From: an uncultured delta proteobacterium
Lineage (GTDB): Bacteria > Myxococcota > Myxococcia > Myxococcales > Myxococcaceae
Length of the DNA: 64,000 bases
Assembly (NCBI GenBank): GCA_963796055.1
Contig: CAWCKH010000001.1
Location: forward strand, 1-64,000
Reading direction: 5' to 3'
Under the pieces are notes generated by a model. The model worked only from the letters and a program-made list of their open reading frames with translations, ran no database searches and was not told the DNA's origin. A program made the translations under genes and the position numbers. Below, piece after piece: positions 56,871 to 64,000 of this stretch; positions within the stretch are counted from its first letter, which is position 1, and each line of letters opens with the position of its first letter.

Positions 56871-57959
56871 ATGGGAGCGCGCCTCGTCGTCCTGGCCGAT
56901 TTCACCCCGCGAGGGGAGCGCAGCCTGGATCTGCTCTTTCTGCGGCTCGGGCGACGGGTCCGGCAAGCCGGGTGGCCGGTGCGGATGCTTTACTACGCCC
57001 CGCCGGCGCCCGAGTTCTCCCGGGACCTCGAGGCGGCGGGAGTGGAGTGGGGCACGGCGCCGTTCCCCCTTCAGAAGGAACCGATCCGGTTCTGGAAGGC
57101 GATTGGCAGCGGCCCGGTGGTGGTGCAATCGCACTTCGTCTCGCCCTGGGACCCGTGGTTGCTGCTGGCCCGTGGCACTGGACGCATCGCCAGGCTGCAG
57201 GTCGTCGACCACTCGGGACACCAGGTCTCGGTGAAGGGGCCTCTTCTCCGAACGGTGGAGCGCCTCCGCGGCAAGGTCGCGAACCGTCTCATCGACCACG
57301 CGGTGGGCGTCTCGGGGTTCGTCGCCCGCAGGCTGATCTCGCTCGGCCTCTCGCCCGACCGGGTATCGGTCGTTCACAACGGCATCGACGTCGACCGCTG
57401 GCCTGCCCGCGAGCGTCCTCGTCGCCCCGGGCCTCCGCGGCTCGCCTATGCCGGCCGGCTCCACGCCGAGAAGGGGATCCACGTGCTCCAGCGCGCCTTC
57501 GAGCGGCTGGAGCGACGGCTCCCCGGGGTCGAGCTGTTCGTGGCCGGCGAGGGGCCGGAGCGGGAGCAGCTCACGGCCTGGGCGCGGGGAAGGGCGGTGA
57601 CCCTCCTCGGGACAGTCCGTGGCCTCGGGCCGCTCTTCCGGGACATCGACGTGCTCCTCGCTCCCACCCTGGTGAACGAGTCGTTTGGGCTGTCTCCCGC
57701 CGAGGCGATGTGCTCGGAGGCGGCGGTGGTGGCCTCGGACGTCGGCGGGCTCCCGGAGGTGGTCGGGGACTGCGGCCGCCTGGTGCCGCGCGGCGACGCC
57801 GACGCAGTCGCCGACGCGGTGGTCGACTTCTGCACCGATTTCGAGGCCTGTGCCGAGCTGGGCCGGCGCGGGCGGGAGCGGGTGCTGCAGCGGTTCACGC
57901 TCGATCGCGCGGTGAATGCGCTGGTGAGCTCCGCGCAGGCGCTCCTCGCTCGAGCCTAG
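56871..57959 (+). CDS. Glycosyltransferase family 4
   Basis: VS, V.HNGID, GRL..EKG, AGEG and ESFGL...EAM......VASDVGG.PE. Confidence 0.92.
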   Translation: MGARLVVLADFTPRGERSLDLLFLRLGRRVRQAGWPVRMLYYAPPAPEFSRDLEAAGVEWGTAPFPLQKEPIRFWKAIGSGPVVVQSHFVSPWDPWLLLARGTGRIARLQVVDHSGHQVSVKGPLLRTVERLRGKVANRLIDHAVGVSGFVARRLISLGLSPDRVSVVHNGIDVDRWPARERPRRPGPPRLAYAGRLHAEKGIHVLQRAFERLERRLPGVELFVAGEGPEREQLTAWARGRAVTLLGTVRGLGPLFRDIDVLLAPTLVNESFGLSPAEAMCSEAAVVASDVGGLPEVVGDCGRLVPRGDADAVADAVVDFCTDFEACAELGRRGRERVLQRFTLDRAVNALVSSAQALLARA

Positions 57960-58041
57960 GGCCACGGGGGGTGTGCCGATTTTCGAGGGGATCGCAAAAG
58001 TCGCGTCGCGCTCGCCGTGCGCGGCGCCCGGCCGGCTGCTC

Positions 58042-58104
58042 TCCGAGCTGCTTTCGCTGTACCGAAACTGGTTACAAGGCTGCGTAACAGCCCCGCGTCG
58101 TACG
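58042..58104 (+). promoter_or_regulatory. Conserved upstream element, copy 1
   Basis: Aligns without gaps to 59723-59785 at 50 of 63 positions by manual count; contains TGTA-N11-TACA. Confidence 0.65.
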
Positions 58105-58139
58105 GTGCGCCCTCTCTCACGAGCCCCGAGGAGGCGTGG

Positions 58140-59555
58140 TTGCACCCACTCGCAAGGACCCTGGGACTGGCAGCAGGACTCTTTCCCCTCGCTGTGCTGG
58201 CTGCTGGAGCGGACGGAAGCTGGTCGTGGTGCTCACAACCGAGACGGCTCTCGCCGGACCCGGCCGGTCGAACGTTTCACGTGCGGACATCGGGGGTCGA
58301 CCCCGGGACGTGCCCGAGCTGGTCCGGATACACCTTCCGGACGATCTCCGGGGCGGCCCGCTGCGCGCGAGGCAAGGACACGATCTACGTCCACGGTGGC
58401 ACCTACGGGCCCGTGCAGCTGGCCAACATGTGGCCGGGCGACACGATCCTCATCACCAACGCGCCGGGGGAGAACCCGGTCATCGAGGGCTGGGGTAGCG
58501 TCGCGGACTTCGGCGCCATCGTCGGCCTGTGGCGGGTGAGCAACATCGCCATCCAGGGGCTCGAGATCCGGAACACCGGCGTCCCCGACGCCGAGCACGG
58601 CGCGTACGGCGTCCACGCCTACGAGTCGACGCACGTGAAGCTCTACTACAACACCGTCCACGACACCGCCCGACACGGCATCCTCACCAACGGTCACCAG
58701 GTCGAGGTGGTGGGCAACGAGGTCTACAACACGGTCATGCGGAATCAGTGGTTCAAGTCGGACTACTGGGACGCGGCGGTCACCAGCCAGCCGGACCGGA
58801 GCCAGTGGGGGTACAAGCTCATCGGCAATTCCATCCACGACAGCTACGGGGAGTGCGCGGACGTCCTCGCGGTCGACGGGGCCACCGTCGAGGGGAACAG
58901 GATCTACAACTGCGTCAGCACCAACGTCTTCGTGTCGAACTCCCGGAACGTCACGGTGAACCGGAACTGGATCTACGCGAGCACCGACAAGTTCAACCGC
59001 CGCGACTACGGCAACCGCGCCACCGGCATCCAGCTCGCGAACGAGGCCCGGGCGGTCGGCTGGTCCCTGAACAACATCCGGATCACCAACAACATCGTGG
59101 AGTGGGTCAGCCAGGGCGTGCGCTACTGGAAGGCGCCGCACGGTGCGCAGCCGGTGAAGGACACCTACGGAAGCCTCTACATCGCCTTCAACGACTTCAA
59201 CCGGACCCAGTTCTCTCCGATCCGGTTCGACACCCCCGAAGGATGGTCGCCGCGAGGTAACAGCAAGCTGCGGCGCAACCTCGTCCTCAACCGGAGCGGG
59301 TACAAGTGGTTCTCCACGGACCAGTCGGGCTCCTGGAACGTGACCGGGAACTGGAACTACGGAAAGGACACCACCGCGACCAGCCCCGGCATCAAGGACA
59401 CCTGGGGCACCTACGTCCCCGCGTACGAGCTCAAACCGGGCGCGGTGATCCGCTGGACGATCTCCCCGTGGTCCGAGCCGGAGATGCCCTCCACGGACTA
59501 CCACTGCCAGTCCCGCGGCCAGAACGACTGGAACACGCCCGGCGCGATCAACTGA
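58140..59555 (+). CDS. Secreted right-handed parallel beta-helix protein (pectate-lyase-like fold), copy 1
   Basis: GAGGAGG RBS with TTG start, signal peptide, F.TI..A....DTIYV.GGTY, Asn-ladder repeats (GNEVYN, GNSIHD, GNRIYN, NNIV) and C-terminal D...R......PGA. Confidence 0.85.
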   Translation: MHPLARTLGLAAGLFPLAVLAAGADGSWSWCSQPRRLSPDPAGRTFHVRTSGVDPGTCPSWSGYTFRTISGAARCARGKDTIYVHGGTYGPVQLANMWPGDTILITNAPGENPVIEGWGSVADFGAIVGLWRVSNIAIQGLEIRNTGVPDAEHGAYGVHAYESTHVKLYYNTVHDTARHGILTNGHQVEVVGNEVYNTVMRNQWFKSDYWDAAVTSQPDRSQWGYKLIGNSIHDSYGECADVLAVDGATVEGNRIYNCVSTNVFVSNSRNVTVNRNWIYASTDKFNRRDYGNRATGIQLANEARAVGWSLNNIRITNNIVEWVSQGVRYWKAPHGAQPVKDTYGSLYIAFNDFNRTQFSPIRFDTPEGWSPRGNSKLRRNLVLNRSGYKWFSTDQSGSWNVTGNWNYGKDTTATSPGIKDTWGTYVPAYELKPGAVIRWTISPWSEPEMPSTDYHCQSRGQNDWNTPGAIN

Positions 59556-59722
59556 CTGCCGATCGCCCCACCCCCCGCCCACGGACGCACGCACCAGCCG
59601 AGCGGCTTCATCAGGCACGATGTGCCCGACCGGCAAACCCTCGGCCATCGTCCCTGGTTTGACGCCCGGGAGGGAGGCGAGCGCGTCCGTCTCCAGGCGA
59701 GCCGTCGACCCCCTGCTCGCTG

Positions 59723-59785
59723 TCCGACCTGCTTTCGATGTACCCAAACTGTTTACCAGGATTCATGTCCGCCCTGCGTCGTATG
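59723..59785 (+). promoter_or_regulatory. Conserved upstream element, copy 2
   Basis: See copy 1; contains TGTA-N11-TACC. Confidence 0.65.
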
Positions 59786-59822
59786 AGACCGCCTCTCGAG
59801 ACAGGAGACCGAGGAGGCGGTG

Positions 59823-61232
59823 TTGCACGCGTTTGGAAGACTGCTGGGAGTGGGGATGGCCATGGCCGCGTCCGCAGCGTTGGCCGCGGGGGCGGATGGC
59901 AGCTGGACGTCGTGCGCGAAGCCGGCGCGGCTCCAGCCTGACTGGAGTGCACGGTTGTTCCATGTCGCGACCTGGGGAACCGATCCCGGGTGGTGCCCGT
60001 GGAACGGCTACACGTTCCGGACCATCACCGCCGCCGCGAAGTGCCTCAAGGGCGGCGATACCATCTACGTCCACGGCGGGACCTACGGGCCGGTGCAGCT
60101 GGCGAACCTCTGGCCGAGTTCGCGAGTCCTGATCACGAATGCCCCGGGGGAGAACCCGATCATCGACGGCTGGGGAGGCATTGCCGATTACGGCGCGGTC
60201 TTCGGGCTGTGGCAGGTGGGGAACGTCTCCATCCAGGGCCTCGAGATCCGCAACACCGGCGTGTCCGATGCCGAGCATGGCGGGTACGGCATCCACGTGA
60301 GCGGGGGGAGCAACATCAAGCTCTACTACAACACCGTCCACGACACTGCCCGGCACGGCATCATCACCGAGGGCAGCGGGCACGAGATCGTCGGCAACGA
60401 GGTCTACAACACGGTGATGCGCAACCAGTGGTGGCAGTCGAACTACTGGGACGCCGCGGTCTCGAGCCACCCCAGCAAGAATCAGTGGGGCTTCAAGCTG
60501 ATCGGCAACTCCATCCACGACAGCCACGGCGAGTGCGCGGACGTGCTGGCGGTGGACGGGGCGACGGTGGAGGGAAACCGGATCTACAACTGCGTCTCCA
60601 CCAACCTCTTCGTCTCCAACTCCCAGAACGTCACGGTCAACCGGAACTGGATCTACGCGAACACCGACCAGTACAACCGGCCCGACCTCGGCTACCGGGC
60701 CACGGGCGTGCAGCTCGCCAACGAGAGCACCTGGGTGGGGTGGTCCCTCAAGAACATCCGGATCACCAACAACATCGTCGAGTGGGTCAGCCAGGGCATC
60801 CGCTACTGGCGGGCGCACTCCGGCGGGAGCGTCACCGACACCTACGGGAGCCTCTACGTCGGCTTCAACGACATCAACCGGACCAAGTTCGCGCCGATCC
60901 GGTTCGATACTCCCGAGTGGGGCTGGCCATCGTCGAACAGCAGGCTCCGGCAGAACATCGTCCTCAACGCCAGCTCGAACTTCTGGTTCTCCAGCAACGA
61001 GTCCGGCGCCTGGAACACGGGCAGCAACCGGACCTACGCTTGGAGCTGGAGCACCTACAACCCGGGCATCAACGACCCGTACGGCACCTACACCTGGGCG
61101 TACCGCTGGCGATCGGGAGCGTGGCAGCGGTACACCGTCGCGCCCTGGTCGGAGTGGGACATGCCTGGCGACGACTATAACTGCCAGGACCGGGACCAGA
61201 ACAGCTGGAACAGTCCCGGGGCGATGAACTGA
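59823..61232 (+). CDS. Secreted right-handed parallel beta-helix protein, copy 2 (tandem paralogue)
   Basis: Same architecture as copy 1, with identical blocks such as GECADVLAVDGATVEGNRIYNCVSTN; the start could be GTG 59820. Confidence 0.85.
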   Translation: MHAFGRLLGVGMAMAASAALAAGADGSWTSCAKPARLQPDWSARLFHVATWGTDPGWCPWNGYTFRTITAAAKCLKGGDTIYVHGGTYGPVQLANLWPSSRVLITNAPGENPIIDGWGGIADYGAVFGLWQVGNVSIQGLEIRNTGVSDAEHGGYGIHVSGGSNIKLYYNTVHDTARHGIITEGSGHEIVGNEVYNTVMRNQWWQSNYWDAAVSSHPSKNQWGFKLIGNSIHDSHGECADVLAVDGATVEGNRIYNCVSTNLFVSNSQNVTVNRNWIYANTDQYNRPDLGYRATGVQLANESTWVGWSLKNIRITNNIVEWVSQGIRYWRAHSGGSVTDTYGSLYVGFNDINRTKFAPIRFDTPEWGWPSSNSRLRQNIVLNASSNFWFSSNESGAWNTGSNRTYAWSWSTYNPGINDPYGTYTWAYRWRSGAWQRYTVAPWSEWDMPGDDYNCQDRDQNSWNSPGAMN

Positions 61233-61280
61233 CCTGCGCCCCCGGGACGGCGTCAGTGCCGCCCCCTGGGGAGCCGTGAA

Positions 61281-62111
61281 TCACTCGCGCGTGCGCGTGC
61301 AGTTGGTCTGTCCGCCCTGGGCGGCCGGGATCTCGTCGCAGATGAAGTAGCCCACCCGCTGGTCACCGGTCCCGCCGAAGAGCCCGATGGTCCACACCGC
61401 GGTGATGACCCCTGCCCGGAAGTTCACCGGGGCCGAGAACAGGTCGGGGTTCTGCTGCGGGGGCGCGAGCCGGATGGCCAGCTGAAGCGCCGGGTTCGGG
61501 TCGATGTCCTGGTACCCGTCGACGATGCCCGTGCCCGCGGAGTTGTAGCGGAAGGGGACCTGCGCCTCGGTGAGCCACACCCAGGTCCCTCCGTCGCTGA
61601 CCCCGTCGGCGAGCGCGGCCGAATTGGGCACCGCGTTGGTGTACCGGAAGCGGGCCTTGCCGGCCGCCGGCGCCTCCTGGTGTTCGATGTACTGGATGAG
61701 CTGGTACGGGCCCACCGCGCCCGGTGCCAGCTCGCCCAGCGCGGCGACGGTGTACGTGCCGTGAGCATTGATGGTCTGCGCCGTCCGATCAGGGCCGATC
61801 GGTGTGGAGCAGTCGCCGCCGGGCGCCACGGAGCGGAAGTCGAGCGTTCCCGGGTCGATGTAGACGACCTTGGTCATCGCCGGAAAGGCGAGGCCGGCGT
61901 CGAGCCCGTTTCTCGCCAGCACCGGCGAGCCCCAGCTCTGAGACCCCGACGCCCGGATGCACATATCGATCGGGGGAGCGTCGGGCGAGAGATTCCCGAA
62001 GCGCACCCACGCCTTGTCCTGAGGCGGACCGGCGTCCTGGTCCGTGTCGTCCCCGCAGCCCAGCCACGCCACCGTCAGGACTGCTGCCACTGCCACCAAG
62101 AACGCCTTCAT
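61281..62111 (-). CDS. DUF4397-like lipoprotein
   Basis: Lipobox WLGC; repeated VRF.NLSPDAP..D and RFR..NA.P units. Confidence 0.75.
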   Translation of the reverse strand: MKAFLVAVAAVLTVAWLGCGDDTDQDAGPPQDKAWVRFGNLSPDAPPIDMCIRASGSQSWGSPVLARNGLDAGLAFPAMTKVVYIDPGTLDFRSVAPGGDCSTPIGPDRTAQTINAHGTYTVAALGELAPGAVGPYQLIQYIEHQEAPAAGKARFRYTNAVPNSAALADGVSDGGTWVWLTEAQVPFRYNSAGTGIVDGYQDIDPNPALQLAIRLAPPQQNPDLFSAPVNFRAGVITAVWTIGLFGGTGDQRVGYFICDEIPAAQGGQTNCTRTRE

Positions 62112-62304
62112 CGCGCTGCCTCCCTGGGTGCACCCCGAGCGGCGGAATGGATGGGCACGGGTCCATCGGAGCGGAACGGCGTGCCGTCCCGCTGTGTTCA
62201 CTGTCGACCGGGCGGCGGTTTCATTGGTCCTGGGTGTGCACGGGAGGTCACAGCCCGGACCTCGGCGGTGACGGTCGCCCATGCCCCGGAGCTGGAAAGG
62301 CGTC

Positions 62305-62909
62305 TCAACGAAGCGCGTCGAGGAAGGCGCGGGCCACGCCGGACGGGTCCCTCGAGCGGAGGACAGCGCTCTGGACCGCCACGCCGCGACAGAGCGGGAG
62401 CGTCGGCAGGCGCTCGGGCGTCATCCCGCCGAGCGCGAAGCAGGGCACCGGCGCCGCTGCCTCGGTGAGCGTCCTGAAGCCCTCGACCCCCAGGGGCGAT
62501 CGGGTGTCTCCGGGCTTCGAGGCCGCTGCATGGACAGGGGACACGAGCGCCGCGTCGCATCCAACCGCGTCAGCCAGCTCGTCCATCGAATGGACCGCGG
62601 CGCTGATCCAGCGCTCTGCCGGCAGGTGGCGGCGAACCTCCCGGGGCCGGGGAGCGTCGACCGGCAGGTGCAGGTGCGCGTCCACCAGCAAGGCCACGTC
62701 GAGCCGGCCGTTGATCGCCAGCTGCGCCCCCGTGTCCCGGGTCAGGGCCGCCAGCCAGCGCGCGCGCTCGAGAAAGCCCCGTACCAGCGCGCCGGGGTCC
62801 CGGTGCTGGATGCATACGCCCGGGCCGAGCGCGGCGACGGCCTCCAGCGCTGCACGGTGGGTGGCGTCCGGCAACGTCCAGTCGGTGATGACGATGAGCT
62901 TCGGGAGCC

Positions 62910-62913
<4 letters not shown>
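62305..62913 (-). CDS. thiE: Thiamine phosphate synthase (ThiE/TenI-like)
   Basis: LIVITD, QHRD, INGR.DVA, HLP, HS..E, SPV...SK and ALGG; start uncertain (CTG 62913 or TTG 62874). Confidence 0.8.
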
Positions 62914-63683
<770 letters not shown>

Positions 63684-63693
63684 GGGGGGACTT

Positions 63694-63894
63694 CTACGCT
63701 CCTCCCCCCACGAACGTCACCACCTCCAGCGTGTCGCCGTCCCGGAGAGTGACTTCCGGATGCTGCGCCTGGCGAAGCACCTCGCCATTGAGCTCCACCG
63801 CCACCCGGCCCCGGACCCCGAGCTGGGCGACGAGCGCCGCCACGGTCAGGCCGTCGGAGACCTCGCGCCGCTCTCCATTGACGGTCAGGGTCAC
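63694..63894 (-). CDS. thiS: Sulfur carrier protein ThiS
   Basis: [13 protein letters not shown] and L..GD.LEVV.FVGGG followed by one extra Ala. Confidence 0.93.
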   Translation of the reverse strand: MTLTVNGERREVSDGLTVAALVAQLGVRGRVAVELNGEVLRQAQHPEVTLRDGDTLEVVTFVGGGA

Positions 63895-64000
63895 TCGAGG
63901 GCCTCGGGGGGCAACCGCCGGAGCTGCGGATCCGCCAGGTAGGTGTCGGTCAATCGCCGCGGCCGCCGGAACCGGTTCAGCTGGTGCCGGAGAATGGCCC
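63891..64000 (-). CDS. 3' end of an unidentified CDS that continues beyond the window
   Basis: Open frame ...[35 protein letters not shown], whose TGA overlaps the thiS GTG. Confidence 0.55.
   Translation of the reverse strand, partial: AILRHQLNRFRRPRRLTDTYLADPQLRRLPPEALE

Noticed and set aside
57960..59700. c-di-GMP-I riboswitch-like fragments (GGGATCGCAAAAG near 57988 and GGCAAACC near 59632)
   Set aside because: The two halves are in different intergenic regions, and neither has the full GGCAAAC..GAAA..GACGCAAAG arrangement.
62170..62190. sigma54-like CGGCACG upstream of the DUF4397 gene
   Set aside because: The GC falls one base off the required GG-N10-GC spacing.
63684..63696. thiS-thiG fusion by readthrough
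   Set aside because: The 10-nt spacer puts the two genes out of frame.

Overview
This is a very GC-rich 64-kb stretch of mostly core chromosome from a myxobacterium (Myxococcales-like; inferred from gene content such as a TIGR02266 PilZ protein, DUF4388, FHA/Ser-Thr kinase genes and an exoA-F-like operon). From left to right it contains: an accessory block downstream of tRNA-Glu (IS1182-family element, truncated MBL hydrolase, DUF5996, Rieske/FAD oxidoreductase, cNMP-TrxB-like flavoprotein); tRNA-Glu, a VOC gene and tRNA-Lys; greB coupled to a GNAT-like ORF; PIN-PhoH/DUF493/methyltransferase; a ~170-nt nested-hairpin intergenic element; a frameshifted DAG-kinase gene; dnaK followed by a RavA/ViaA-like AAA+/VWA pair; an apparently dead GH19; a PspA-like gene; a diadenylate cyclase divergent from dksA; an FHA/kinase/FHA triad next to rel; ridA, a double DsbA, tusA-like and PilZ genes; an ABC pair, a stand-alone transpeptidase, DUF4388, a glutaredoxin, a degenerate REC-GGDEF and EVE; a Wzx/Wzy-type polysaccharide operon resembling the M. 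xanthus spore-coat exoA-F; a complete ccmA-I operon; wzx, a GT4 and two duplicated secreted beta-helix proteins; a DUF4397 lipoprotein; and thiS-G-E. I saw no CRISPR array, prophage, integrase or rRNA. The best novelty candidates are the variant exo-like polysaccharide system (PEP-CTERM-like microprotein, duplicated beta-helix proteins with a conserved upstream element, sigma54 promoters), the structured intergenic element at 11782-11970, the mirror-image FHA/kinase triad beside rel, and the tRNA-adjacent redox cassette. All family calls come from motif recognition by eye; no searches were run, and comparisons with M. xanthus are from memory.
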